This document shows positions 1 to 9,255 of a stretch of DNA of 32,000 bases, piece after piece (positions within the stretch are counted from its first letter, which is position 1; each line of letters begins with the position of its first letter). The position numbers were made by a program, and so were the translations under genes. The notes below the pieces were generated by a model that was given only the letters and a program-made list of their open reading frames with translations, searched no databases and was not told where the DNA came from. The stretch is from Vibrio alginolyticus NBRC 15630 = ATCC 17749 (GTDB lineage Bacteria > Pseudomonadota > Gammaproteobacteria > Enterobacterales > Vibrionaceae): positions 1,470,001-1,502,000 of the forward strand of contig NC_022349.1 in assembly GCF_000354175.2 (NCBI RefSeq), written 5' to 3'.

Positions 1-315
1 AAGAGCCGTCAAACACTTGAACTGCTTGAGCAAAATGGTGTTACACCGGAAGTCGTCAAATACCTAGACACACCACTTAACGTGGATGAACTAAAAGCGC
101 TGTACGCCCAGCTTGGCTTTTCATCTGTACGTGAAATGATGCGCACTAAAGAAAGTGAATATAAAGAGCTTGGCTTAGGCGAAGACTCCGTCAGCGATGA
201 GCAATTATTCGAAGCAATGGCGAAAAATCCAAAGTTGTTTGAGCGTCCGGTTGTCGTTGCTAACGGCAAAGCAAAAATTGGTCGCCCACCAGAGCAAGTG
301 TTGGATATTTTATAA
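1..315 (+). CDS. arsC: Arsenate reductase, glutaredoxin-type ArsC family (5' end cut by window edge)
   Basis: Frame 1 is open from base 1 (KSRQTLELLEQNGVTPEVVKYLDTPLNVDELK...) and ends at TAA 313-315. It is collinear with remembered E. coli ArsC (TSRNTLEMIRNSG...NRPIVV...RPSEVVLDIL). The ORF-track Met at 82 is internal. Confidence 0.85.
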   Translation, partial: KSRQTLELLEQNGVTPEVVKYLDTPLNVDELKALYAQLGFSSVREMMRTKESEYKELGLGEDSVSDEQLFEAMAKNPKLFERPVVVANGKAKIGRPPEQVLDIL

Positions 316-885
316 ATGGATTGCCAGATCCTTATTTTGTATTTCAGCCGTCATGGCTCGACAAAACAACTGGCAAGACAAATAGCAAGAGGAGTCGAAT
401 CGACTCCTCAATGCCAAGTAATTTTGCGTACAGTTGAAGAATTGTCACCTCACTCACACTCCCCTTCTGATCCAATTGTTACTCTAGAGGAACTGAAAAC
501 GTGCGACGGTCTAGCGTTTGGCAGTCCCGTCTGGTTTGGCAACATGGCTGCGCCTTTAAAGCACTTCTGGGATCAGACTACATCTTTATGGGTCAGTGGT
601 GACTTAATCGATAAGCCTGCTTGTGTCTTTACCTCTTCGTCCTCGATGCATGGTGGTCAAGAAACAACGTTACAAAGCATGATGACCCCTTTATTGCATC
701 ACGGGATGATGGTTTTGGGCATTCCTTATTCCGAGCCAGAGTTACACACTACGCAGTCCGGAGGCACTCCGTATGGCGCCAGCAGTGTAGGCCATGAGGC
801 AACCCTAAGCAGTGAAGAGATTCGCCTGGCACAACAATTAGGCAAAAGGCTGGCAACTGCAGCGTTAAAACTAAAAGTCTGTTAG
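316..885 (+). CDS. wrbA: WrbA-type flavodoxin-like NAD(P)H:quinone oxidoreductase
   Basis: The ATG directly abuts the arsC stop (TAAATG). Blocks shared with E. coli WrbA: ILILYFSRHGST, FGSPVWFGNM, GGQETT, HHGMMVLGIPY, GGTPYGAS. Confidence 0.85.
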   Translation: MDCQILILYFSRHGSTKQLARQIARGVESTPQCQVILRTVEELSPHSHSPSDPIVTLEELKTCDGLAFGSPVWFGNMAAPLKHFWDQTTSLWVSGDLIDKPACVFTSSSSMHGGQETTLQSMMTPLLHHGMMVLGIPYSEPELHTTQSGGTPYGASSVGHEATLSSEEIRLAQQLGKRLATAALKLKVC

Positions 886-907
886 TAAAATCAAGGATAG
901 TTAATCG

Positions 908-1348
908 ATGTCTGACTCTTTAGACCAAACACCACTCGGTACACAGGCTAAAACCTATCGTTACCTGGCTTTATTTGGCAACTTAGCCTTATTAGCCTGG
1001 GTCGCTATTTGGCAGCTTGCGTTATCCCCTCACCCTCACCTCAGCAGCACAACACTTGCTATTGCTTGGTGTATTCCGCTACTACTTCCGTTGCCTGGTA
1101 TTTTAGCTGGTAAGCCTTACACTCATGCTTGGGCTAACTTTGTTCTTATGCTGTATTTCTTGCATGCGCTGACCATCCTCTATGTGGATGGGGGTGAACG
1201 CTGGCTTGCGGCAGTGGAACTGATACTGACTTCACTCGGTTTCGCTGGCAATATTTTGTTTGCTAGAGCGAGAGGCAAAGAGCTAGGTCTTAAGTTGAAA
1301 CGCCTCTCTCAAGTAGAAAAAGAAGAAAAAGCGAAATTCAATAAATAA
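908..1348 (+). CDS. Small polytopic membrane protein, DUF2069-like
   Basis: 146 aa with several hydrophobic helices and a Lys/Glu-rich tail. The arsC-wrbA-DUF2069-DUF2066-purMN neighbourhood is recalled from Pseudomonas and Vibrio genomes. The family call rests on memory and synteny only. Confidence 0.7.
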   Translation: MSDSLDQTPLGTQAKTYRYLALFGNLALLAWVAIWQLALSPHPHLSSTTLAIAWCIPLLLPLPGILAGKPYTHAWANFVLMLYFLHALTILYVDGGERWLAAVELILTSLGFAGNILFARARGKELGLKLKRLSQVEKEEKAKFNK

Positions 1349-1400
1349 CGCCAATTGCAGTCAATCACTGATCATTGGTTCGAATACGAATTTAGAAAAC

Positions 1401-1429
1401 AAAAAGAGTCGCTATTGCGACTCTTTTTT
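1401..1429. terminator. Bidirectional rho-independent terminator between convergent DUF2069 and DUF2066 genes
   Basis: AAAAAGAGTCGC-TATT-GCGACTCTTTTTT. A perfect 12-bp stem flanked by an A-run and a T-run. Confidence 0.85.
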
Positions 1430-1488
1430 ATGCTTACCACATTGGTCTTTGATCCTTGCGTTTCACGCCTGGAACGCTACCAAGGCGA

Positions 1489-2697
1489 TTACGATGCCGA
1501 GCGCCACTCGTAGATCAAGTCATACTGTTCTCGGACAGGCTCCACAATCATCGGCTGAGTTGGCTGTGTTTCGTCACTTGCTTCTGCCACAATATCTACT
1601 GGTACTTCAAGCTGCGCTTCTTTTGGCGTCGCGGCGTCTTTTGCTTCATTACTCTGAACCAATGGCTCTTCTTCTTGAGTTGAAGCTGGGGCATCAACTT
1701 CACCTAAAGGATCTTCAAAAACCATTAATTGAGAAATAGAAGAAGCTTCTTTCTCAAAAGCTTGTTGTGATGCCAAAAGGTGGATGTTGAGCGTTAACTC
1801 GTCCCCTTGAACACGCTTAATCTCTGTACCCGCAACCGAATTAAGTTGTTTTAACGCATTCTCTAAACGGAAGAAGTCCGTTGCAGAGGTTACATTAAGG
1901 ACTTTCACTGCTAGCGCTTTTGAAGACTTTCCTGAAACCACAACTGCACTCTTACTTGCATAGTAGTCTGCGATGCCATCCACCATTTCTGCAATAGCAT
2001 TAGCACCTGATGCAGACCCGCTACGCGGAGAACGTTGCGCTTCTACAATTCTCGTTGGCGACTGGTCGTAGAGTGTCCAACGAATTTGTTCACCTTGAGC
2101 TCGTACAACCAAAACGGCGTCAGCTAGGTAGCGCTGGCTGGCTTGACCAATTGGCTCAATAAAGCCGCCCCAAAGATCAGAGACATTAACACCGGTCACA
2201 TCATCAAAATCCCCAACCGGGATAGTGATTGGTAGGCCTCTTAATTTCGCTGCGCTACGAAGTGCTGCAACATTTGAAGATTCAGAATGTTCCCACACAA
2301 TGTTACGATCGTAACCCCGTTCTTCAACCATCCAAACTAAAATATTGGCACGATTTGGCGACCAAGATGGCAATTGTGCTTGTGTTAAAAGAGAGCTGAT
2401 TTGGTCGTTGTTAAACAACATTTTTAGGCTCGCTTTTCCATCAACCTGCCCATAGCTCAGTTGAGAAATGTAACGCGCACTTGAGCTGAGTGCCTTTTTA
2501 ATCACTGGATTGCTTAAAGAGGATTGAGAACCGGTCGCTCGAACAATCACATCCTGCATACCTTGTTGACGAGCCAAAGACTCACCGTCGTTCTGCTCAC
2601 TGTCGATAACCACTTCGGCACGATAGATATCCACCTGAGTTAATGCATATACTGGTAGGGACAACCAACCTATCAGTAAGAGAGCTAAATAGCGCAT
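1489..2697 (-). CDS. Secreted DUF2066-like protein with acidic low-complexity C-terminal tail
   Basis: Start moved to the Met of MRYLALLLIGWLSLPVYA (signal peptide), which has AGAGGA upstream. The ORF-track start at 2739 adds 14 aa with no RBS. Its position next to purM matches the conserved DUF2066 context recalled from other gamma-proteobacteria. Confidence 0.75.
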   Translation of the reverse strand: MRYLALLLIGWLSLPVYALTQVDIYRAEVVIDSEQNDGESLARQQGMQDVIVRATGSQSSLSNPVIKKALSSSARYISQLSYGQVDGKASLKMLFNNDQISSLLTQAQLPSWSPNRANILVWMVEERGYDRNIVWEHSESSNVAALRSAAKLRGLPITIPVGDFDDVTGVNVSDLWGGFIEPIGQASQRYLADAVLVVRAQGEQIRWTLYDQSPTRIVEAQRSPRSGSASGANAIAEMVDGIADYYASKSAVVVSGKSSKALAVKVLNVTSATDFFRLENALKQLNSVAGTEIKRVQGDELTLNIHLLASQQAFEKEASSISQLMVFEDPLGEVDAPASTQEEEPLVQSNEAKDAATPKEAQLEVPVDIVAEASDETQPTQPMIVEPVREQYDLIYEWRSAS

Positions 2698-2993
2698 AGT
2701 TTTTATAATCCTCTGAACAAGAACCCGAATAATAAGCAACTATCAAATCTTGAGCAAGGCAAGTACTGAGTAAATTGTCTGTATTATGACCAGCTTTGTT
2801 AACTCGGGCCTCAACCAGCGCTTCAGTGCTATTTTTATAATAAACTCATTGCTTATTAAGCTATCTCAACAAGTTAGGCTGTCCATTTTTCATCTTCACG
2901 CAAGACACGTAAAAGAGGACAATTTGCAAGCAAGCAACTCTCAAAAGTGCTATTTATGAGAAAAATTCAATCGAAAGTTTGATCTATGCAACA

Positions 2994-3009
2994 TTGCAAA
3001 CGATTGCAG
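2994..3009. promoter_or_regulatory. PurR-box-like operator upstream of uraA
   Basis: TTGCAAACGATTGCAG. The core GCAAACGATTGC differs at 1 of 12 positions from the palindromic PurR core GCAAACGTTTGC. It lies 53 bp before the uraA ATG and overlaps a possible -35 (TTGCAA). Confidence 0.45.
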
Positions 3010-3061
3010 GATGATAGTATTCGCCGGATTTGTCTGCGTATCTTGAAAATAGGGAATTATT

Positions 3062-4315
3062 ATGAAAAACGCGTTACAAGGCGCTCAAATGCTCTTTGTC
3101 GCTTTTGGTGCTTTGGTGCTTGTGCCGCTCCTAACTGGCCTTGATCCAAACGTAGCCCTCTTTGGTGCCGGTGTCGGTACTCTCCTCTTCCAATTAATGA
3201 CTAAACGTTCTGTTCCCATCTTCCTTGCCTCTTCTTTTGCGTTTATTGCTCCTATTATGTTCGGTATCCAAACTTGGGGTATCGGTGCAACGATGGGCGG
3301 CTTGATGGCAGCGGGCTTAGTTTATGTGGCTCTAGGGGCGATGATCAAAGTGCGTGGTGTTGGATTTATCCATAAAATTCTCCCGCCCGTTGTCGTTGGC
3401 CCTGTGATCATGGTTATCGGCCTTGGCCTTGCCCCAACAGCAGTGAACATGGCGGTAGGTAAAACTGGTGATGGAGCTGCACAGCTAGTTAATGGTGATG
3501 CTGCGATCATTATCTCGGCGGTCTCACTGCTCACAACCATTGTACTCAGCGTTTTTGCAAAAGGCTTTTTGAAGCTCGTTCCTATTGTTGGTGGTATTCT
3601 TGCTGGTTACTCTGTTTCTCTATTCTACGGGGTGGTTGATTTCACTCCCGTAGAACAAGCGGCTTGGCTAGCCATGCCAAACTTCACCGCGCCAGAGTTC
3701 AATATCAACGCAATTTTGTTCATGATTCCTGTCGCTATCGCACCTGCGGTTGAGCACGTAGGTGACATGCTTGCCATCTCAAACGTTACAGGTAAAAACT
3801 ACCTGAAAAAACCAGGCCTTCATCGCACAATCGCAGGTGACGGGGTGGCAACTATCGCAGCTTCGATGGTGGGTGCTCCACCAAACACCACTTACAGTGA
3901 AGTAACAGGAGCGGTAATGCTAACCAAAGCATTTAACCCTGTGATCATGACTTGGGCAGCAATCACCGCAATCGTACTTGCATTGGTAGGTAAGCTAGGT
4001 GCGGTTCTTCAAACGATTCCAGTACCTGTCATGGGCGGTATCATGATTCTGCTGTTCGGCTCTATCGCAACGGTAGGCCTCAACACACTGATCAAGAATA
4101 ACGTTGATTTACATAAGTCTCGTAATCTAGTGATTGTTGCCGTAACCCTTGTGTTTGGCATTGGTGGTATGGCCTTCGGTATTGGTGAGTTCAGTCTACA
4201 AGGTGTGAGTCTATGCGGTATCGTGGCAATTATTCTTAACCTTGTGCTACCAAACGATTTAGGTGAAAACCACGTTGTAGATAACGCACAAATGGAAGAA
4301 GAAAGCGCGAAATAG
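3062..4315 (+). CDS. uraA: Uracil permease (NCS2 / uracil-xanthine permease family)
   Basis: 417 aa polytopic protein. The N-terminal LFVAFGALVLVPLLTG and the SSFAFIAPI and PNTTYSEVTGAV motifs match remembered UraA/PyrP. RBS AGGGA lies 6 nt upstream. Confidence 0.9.
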   Translation: MKNALQGAQMLFVAFGALVLVPLLTGLDPNVALFGAGVGTLLFQLMTKRSVPIFLASSFAFIAPIMFGIQTWGIGATMGGLMAAGLVYVALGAMIKVRGVGFIHKILPPVVVGPVIMVIGLGLAPTAVNMAVGKTGDGAAQLVNGDAAIIISAVSLLTTIVLSVFAKGFLKLVPIVGGILAGYSVSLFYGVVDFTPVEQAAWLAMPNFTAPEFNINAILFMIPVAIAPAVEHVGDMLAISNVTGKNYLKKPGLHRTIAGDGVATIAASMVGAPPNTTYSEVTGAVMLTKAFNPVIMTWAAITAIVLALVGKLGAVLQTIPVPVMGGIMILLFGSIATVGLNTLIKNNVDLHKSRNLVIVAVTLVFGIGGMAFGIGEFSLQGVSLCGIVAIILNLVLPNDLGENHVVDNAQMEEESAK

Positions 4316-4371
4316 TTCGTTTGCGCCGCTTTATTAGTTGGCGTGTCTTACTCTTCTCCTCTTGTAGATAC

Positions 4372-4402
4372 AAAAAAGGCTTGGTTTTCACCAAGCCTTT
4401 TT
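4372..4402. terminator. Bidirectional terminator between convergent uraA and upp
   Basis: AAAAAGGCTTGG-TTTTCA-CCAAGCCTTTTT. Confidence 0.85.
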
Positions 4403-4431
4403 CTGTTCAGTCATAGTAATACATCAAAGAA

Positions 4432-5058
4432 TTACTTAGTACCGAAGATCTTATCACCTGCATCGCCTAGACCCGGAACGATGTAGCCTTTGTCATTAAG
4501 CTTCTCATCGATTGCCGCAGTGTATAGCTCAACATCTGGGTGTGCTTTTTCTAGCGCTTCAATACCTTCTGGTGCAGCAACAAGTACCAGCACTTTGATT
4601 TGGTTACAACCTTTCTCTTTTAGGAGATCGATCGTAGCAATCATAGAACCACCTGTTGCAAGCATTGGGTCAACAACAAGCGCAATACGCTCCTCGATGT
4701 TTGAAGCAAGCTTGTTGAAGTAAGGAACTGGCTCAAGCGTTTCTTCATCACGGTAAATACCCACAACACTGATACGTGCGCTTGGCATGTGCTCAAGAAC
4801 TCCATCCATCATGCCTAGACCTGCACGTAGGATTGGCACTACGGTTACTTTTTTACCTTTAATCTGGTCTACTTCTACCGGACCGTTCCAACCATCAATG
4901 GTCACTTTTTCTGTTTCAAAGTCTGACGTTGCTTCGTAAGTAAGTAGGCTACCGACCTCAGTCGCTAACTCACGAAAACGTTTTGTGCTGATGTCACCTT
5001 CTCTCATTAGACCAATTTTATGTTTTACTAGAGGGTGCTTTACTTCAACAACTTTCAT
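4432..5058 (-). CDS. upp: Uracil phosphoribosyltransferase
   Basis: Near-identical blocks to E. coli Upp ([35 protein letters not shown]; DPMLATGGS; [13 protein letters not shown]). Start chosen at MKVVEV (5058) because GGAG sits 6 nt upstream and the length is then 208 aa as in E. coli. The ORF-track start at 5064 has GGAG abutting it. Confidence 0.95.
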   Translation of the reverse strand: MKVVEVKHPLVKHKIGLMREGDISTKRFRELATEVGSLLTYEATSDFETEKVTIDGWNGPVEVDQIKGKKVTVVPILRAGLGMMDGVLEHMPSARISVVGIYRDEETLEPVPYFNKLASNIEERIALVVDPMLATGGSMIATIDLLKEKGCNQIKVLVLVAAPEGIEALEKAHPDVELYTAAIDEKLNDKGYIVPGLGDAGDKIFGTK

Positions 5059-5155
5059 GTCCATCTCCGGCTATAGTTGGCAATATTTAAACAAACCTTC
5101 AGATTATACATGATTTTCACAGGGATATCAGGATAAATCACTAAAGAAAAAACAG

Positions 5156-5171
5156 ACGCAAACGTTTGCTA
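5156..5171. promoter_or_regulatory. PurR operator in the upp/purM divergent region, overlapping a candidate purM -35
   Basis: ACGCAAACGTTTGCTA has the perfect palindromic core GCAAACGTTTGC. A candidate promoter TTGCTA (5166-5171)-N18-TAGAAT (5190-5195) overlaps the box. Confidence 0.8.
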
Positions 5172-5236
5172 TCTATGTTTAAGCACTGTTAGAATAGCGC
5201 CGTTTTCATATCCAACTTAATACCGAGGACTTCCCT

Positions 5237-6277
5237 GTGAGTGGTAACAACTCTTCTCTTAGCTATAAAGACGCTGGTGTAGATATTGATGCAGGCAACG
5301 CGCTTGTGGATCGTATTAAGGGTGCGGTAAAACGTACTCGTCGCCCTGAAGTTATGGGTGGTATCGGTGGTTTTGGCGCGCTATGCGAATTGCCAACTAA
5401 ATACAAACAACCTGTACTGGTTTCTGGTACTGATGGCGTTGGCACAAAACTTCGCCTAGCACTGGATATGAACAAGCACGACACGATTGGCATCGACCTA
5501 GTGGCAATGTGTGTAAATGATCTTATCGTGCAAGGCGCAGAGCCACTGTTTTTCCTAGATTACTACGCAACAGGCAAACTAGACGTTGATACCGCAGCGG
5601 ATGTTGTTTCAGGTATCGCAGAAGGGTGTGTTCAAGCAGGTTGTGCCCTAATTGGTGGCGAAACTGCGGAGATGCCTGGCATGTATGAAGGCGAAGACTA
5701 CGACGTAGCTGGTTTCTGTGTTGGCGTAGTAGAAAAAGAAGACGTGATTGACGGCACGAAAGTCGCTGCTGGTGATGCACTTATCGCTGTTGGTTCAAGC
5801 GGCCCACACTCAAACGGTTACTCCCTTATCCGTAAGATCCTAGAAGTATCTGGTGCAGATAAGAGCGAAGAGCTAGCAGGCCGCACTATTGGTGAGCACC
5901 TACTAGAACCAACAAAAATTTACATCAAGTCAGCACTTAAGATGATTGAGAAACACGACATCCATGCGATTTCTCATATCACTGGTGGTGGTTTCTGGGA
6001 AAACATCCCACGCGTACTGCCTGAAGGCACGAAAGCAGTTATCGATGGTAACAGTTGGGAATGGCCAGTTATCTTCAAGTGGCTACAAGAGAAAGGCAAC
6101 GTCGACACACACGAAATGTACCGCACATTCAACTGTGGTGTAGGTCTAATCGTCGCACTACCGAAAGACCAGGCAGATGCAGCAGTTGCTCTTCTTAAAG
6201 AAGAAGGCGAAAACGCGTGGGTGATTGGTCAAATCGCACAAGCAGACGCGAACGAAGAGCAAGTTGAAATCCAATAA
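5237..6277 (+). CDS. purM: Phosphoribosylformylglycinamidine cyclo-ligase (AIR synthetase)
   Basis: GTG start with GAGGA 7 nt upstream. [35 protein letters not shown] and [11 protein letters not shown] are essentially identical to E. coli PurM. Confidence 0.97.
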   Translation: MSGNNSSLSYKDAGVDIDAGNALVDRIKGAVKRTRRPEVMGGIGGFGALCELPTKYKQPVLVSGTDGVGTKLRLALDMNKHDTIGIDLVAMCVNDLIVQGAEPLFFLDYYATGKLDVDTAADVVSGIAEGCVQAGCALIGGETAEMPGMYEGEDYDVAGFCVGVVEKEDVIDGTKVAAGDALIAVGSSGPHSNGYSLIRKILEVSGADKSEELAGRTIGEHLLEPTKIYIKSALKMIEKHDIHAISHITGGGFWENIPRVLPEGTKAVIDGNSWEWPVIFKWLQEKGNVDTHEMYRTFNCGVGLIVALPKDQADAAVALLKEEGENAWVIGQIAQADANEEQVEIQ

Positions 6278-6306
6278 TTTGCAAATCGAGCTCAAAAGAT
6301 AAGAAG

Positions 6307-6339
6307 AATGAGGACACTAGATGACTAGGTCCTCATTTT
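6307..6339 (+). terminator. Hairpin plus short T-run in the purM-purN spacer (possible attenuator or terminator)
   Basis: AATGAGGAC-A-CTAG-ATGA-CTAG-GTCCTCATT followed by TTG. 9+4 bp stem with a one-base bulge. Confidence 0.5.
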
Positions 6340-6428
6340 GCTATCTAGAACACTAAAAACCATTCTATTAGTAGGTAGTTTAGAAGCTACATAACTCCAA
6401 CCTACAATACCAAGGCGCTCTCGACATC

Positions 6429-7085
6429 ATGAAAAACCATACCCTAAAAAACATTGTGGTCCTCATCTCGGGTAACGGAAGTAACCTGCAAGCTATCTTG
6501 GAAGCTTGCGAAGACAGCATGCCAAACGCACGAGTGGCAGCCGTGTTCTCTAACAAAGCAGATGCTTTTGGTTTAGAACGTGCAAAAAAGTTTGATGTGG
6601 ACGGTCACTTTGTCGACCCTAAAGCATTCAGCTCGCGTGAAAGCTTTGATGCAGAGCTAATGAGTCAAATAGATGAATACCAACCAGACGTGATTATTCT
6701 TGCTGGTTACATGCGCATTCTGAGCAGCGCATTTGTTTCTCATTACATGGGTAAGATGATCAATATCCACCCTTCTCTTCTACCAAAATATCCTGGGCTA
6801 CACACACACCAGAGAGCAATTGATGCTGGCGATAAAGAACATGGTACGAGTGTGCACTTTGTAACGGAAGAGCTTGATGGTGGCCCTGTCATACTGCAAG
6901 CAAAAGTTCCTGTGTTCGAAGACGATGATGCTAGTGTACTTGCGGCACGTGTTCAGGCGCAGGAGCACCGAATCTACCCTATGGTGGCTAAGTGGCTGGT
7001 AGACGAGCGGTTGATCATGAAGGATGGTAAAGCCTATTTAGATGGCGCAGAGCTTGGCGTACATGGGTACGCCTCAGATGAGTAG
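6429..7085 (+). CDS. purN: Phosphoribosylglycinamide formyltransferase (GAR transformylase)
   Basis: IVVLISGNGSNLQAI, LAGYMRIL, INIHPSLLPKYPGLHTH and GTSVHFVTEELDGGP are PurN signature blocks. Confidence 0.95.
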   Translation: MKNHTLKNIVVLISGNGSNLQAILEACEDSMPNARVAAVFSNKADAFGLERAKKFDVDGHFVDPKAFSSRESFDAELMSQIDEYQPDVIILAGYMRILSSAFVSHYMGKMINIHPSLLPKYPGLHTHQRAIDAGDKEHGTSVHFVTEELDGGPVILQAKVPVFEDDDASVLAARVQAQEHRIYPMVAKWLVDERLIMKDGKAYLDGAELGVHGYASDE

Positions 7086-7111
7086 CCCTGAATAATAAAC
7101 TCCAAGCACAA

Positions 7112-7144
7112 AAGAGCAGCCTGAGGGCTGCTCTTGGTTGTTTT
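7112..7144 (+). terminator. purN terminator
   Basis: AAGAGCAGCC-TGAG-GGCTGCTCTT followed by GGTTGTTTT. Confidence 0.8.
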
Positions 7145-7416
7145 AATACTTATAAACTTGATTCAAGAAAACCATGGTGAGACTAGAAACCTAAAACCCA
7201 GCATTCTAAAAAATCCCATAACCACTTGAGTAACATAACACTCGGAAAGTAGATTCTGCATCTGGTTCGTTCTTCACCGTTCAGACTGACGAGGTGTTTT
7301 ATGAGAAATTTCTATCAGTTACGTCTTTACAGCAAGCCTTAGCGAGACTAGGACTCTACTACCAGCACTCTAGAAAGTAAGAATGCTCATCCGTATCCGC
7401 CCTCGGTTTAAAACGC

Positions 7417-7456
7417 ATAAAAATAAAGCTCGCGATTAAGCGAGCTTTATTTTTAT
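7417..7456. terminator. Bidirectional terminator downstream of yafJ (-); it could also end a + strand transcript from the 7146-7474 gap
   Basis: ATAAAGCTCGC-GATTAA-GCGAGCTTTAT, flanked by an A-run on the 5' side and a T-run on the 3' side. Confidence 0.8.
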
Positions 7457-7474
7457 ATTCAGAGTAAGAGACCA

Positions 7475-8320
7475 TCACTCTAACGGTTCGGTTGGCGCTT
7501 GATTGCCCGGCTTAGCCGCCGCAAACGGCACATTTACCAGTTCAGAGGCATTATTTTTGACTAGTTCACCTAGGTGAAACAAGCCGTATTCGCCAGGTTT
7601 CATACGCTGCCAAGCTTCGTTGCCCGTCAAAGGTTGAGTTGCGATCACAGAAACGATGTCATGTGGCGTTGTTTCTTCTTGGAAGTTAATTTCCACATCT
7701 TCATCAAGCAACGCGGCTTTTCCAAACGGTGCGCGTCTTGTGATCCAATACAAATGATTGGTGCAATACGTCATTACATACTCACCATCACTCAGAAGCA
7801 TGTTAAATACACCCTTCTCTTTTAGCTCATCACAACATTTAGCAACATATAAGAATACCGACTCCATATCCTTTGGTGGCTCAGGATATCGATCTTCCAT
7901 TTGCTTCAATAACCAGCAAAATGCCAGTTCACTATCTGTCTCACCGACAGGTCTATGTCGACCTGTATGCAAGTCTTGGTAGCCAGAGAGCTGACCGTTA
8001 TGCGCAAACGTCCAATACCTACCCCACAGCTCACGTGTAAAGGGATGAGTATTTTCTAAATTAACACCACCACGATTCGCCTGTCGGATATGACTAACGA
8101 CCGCACGACTTTTGATGGGATAATTTTGTACCAACTCTGCTATTTTAGACTCACAACTTGGCTTGGGATCTTTGAAGGTTCGAAAGCCCTTCCCTTCGTA
8201 GAAGGTGATCCCCCATCCGTCACGGTGTGGGCCGGTTCGACCTCCACGCTGCATGAGCCCAGTAAAACTGAAACAAATATCCGTTGGAACATTAGCGCTC
8301 ATACCGAGCAATTCACACAT
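7475..8320 (-). CDS. yafJ: Class II (Ntn-type) glutamine amidotransferase, YafJ-like
   Basis: The N-terminal MCELLGMS (catalytic Cys2) and HIRQANRG..NLENTHPF are typical of class II GATase. Synteny gmhA-yafJ matches E. coli. Confidence 0.85.
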   Translation of the reverse strand: MCELLGMSANVPTDICFSFTGLMQRGGRTGPHRDGWGITFYEGKGFRTFKDPKPSCESKIAELVQNYPIKSRAVVSHIRQANRGGVNLENTHPFTRELWGRYWTFAHNGQLSGYQDLHTGRHRPVGETDSELAFCWLLKQMEDRYPEPPKDMESVFLYVAKCCDELKEKGVFNMLLSDGEYVMTYCTNHLYWITRRAPFGKAALLDEDVEINFQEETTPHDIVSVIATQPLTGNEAWQRMKPGEYGLFHLGELVKNNASELVNVPFAAAKPGNQAPTEPLE

Positions 8321-8371
8321 GGTTTAAAAAACTCCCTAACAACACAGCTCGAAACGGTGGCCGTAAAACGA

Positions 8372-8947
8372 TTATTCCATCTCTTTTTCGATCAACTGAA
8401 TGATGATATGAATAATCTTAATATGAATTTCCTGAATGCGGTCTGCATAACCAAAGTGTGGCACGCGAATTTCAATATCTGCAAGGCCTGCCATTTTGCC
8501 GCCATCTTTACCTGTTAGCGCAATCGTCTTCATGCCTTTAGCTTGTGCTGCTTCAATCGCTTTCAGGATGTTACCTGAGTTACCTGACGTCGACAGACCA
8601 AACAGTACGTCACCTTTTCGACCAACCGCTTCTACATAGCGTGAAAACACGAAGTCATAACCAAAGTCATTACTCACACAAGAAAGGTGGCTTGGATCTG
8701 AAATAGCAATACCAGCATAGCCAGGACGATTTTCTCGATAACGGCCTGTTAGCTCTTCGGCAAAGTGCATTGAATCACAGTGAGAACCACCGTTACCACA
8801 CGACAATACTTTACCATCTTGCTTGAATGAGTCAGCAATCATGTTCGCCGCTGCTTCGATTTGCGCAATGTTATGGTCATCGCTTAAAAATTTGTTGAGC
8901 ACTTCAGCAGCTTCGTTTAATTCACTTCTAATCAGATCATGGTACAT
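8372..8947 (-). CDS. gmhA: D-sedoheptulose-7-phosphate isomerase (phosphoheptose isomerase)
   Basis: [44 protein letters not shown] and [27 protein letters not shown] are almost identical to E. coli GmhA. Confidence 0.95.
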   Translation of the reverse strand: MYHDLIRSELNEAAEVLNKFLSDDHNIAQIEAAANMIADSFKQDGKVLSCGNGGSHCDSMHFAEELTGRYRENRPGYAGIAISDPSHLSCVSNDFGYDFVFSRYVEAVGRKGDVLFGLSTSGNSGNILKAIEAAQAKGMKTIALTGKDGGKMAGLADIEIRVPHFGYADRIQEIHIKIIHIIIQLIEKEME

Positions 8948-9008
8948 AAGACGTTCTCTTTATTATTTCGGCTTCAGTCAGCTCTAGACTCACTGAGCAA
9001 ATTGTTCT

Positions 9009-9025
9009 GATACCAATTTGGTATC
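9009..9025. promoter_or_regulatory. Perfect 17-bp palindrome upstream of gmhA (candidate operator, regulator unknown)
   Basis: GATACCAA-T-TTGGTATC, 8-bp arms around one central base. It lies 62-78 bp upstream of the gmhA start in the gmhA/fadE divergent region. Confidence 0.35.
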
Positions 9026-9255
9026 GGACATTTCATAAACCTGAACTCGGGTTTGATTACTCTGAGTTTACCCACAAACGAGAATTAGTGTCGATAGTGA
9101 ACCAACAGATTTAGATTAGTGATGGTAATAAACTTGTCAACTTGCTCATGAAACCATCACTCAAATCTCAACTTTAGAATTTTAAATCTACTTAGATCAC
9201 TTTTTATCCAATCTTATGTTTTACATTTCCTTAATATTTTGATTACACTTAAACC

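Noticed and set aside
8090-8518. 142-aa + strand ORF across the yafJ start and gmhA end
   Set aside because: It is antisense to two well-supported genes and has no RBS.
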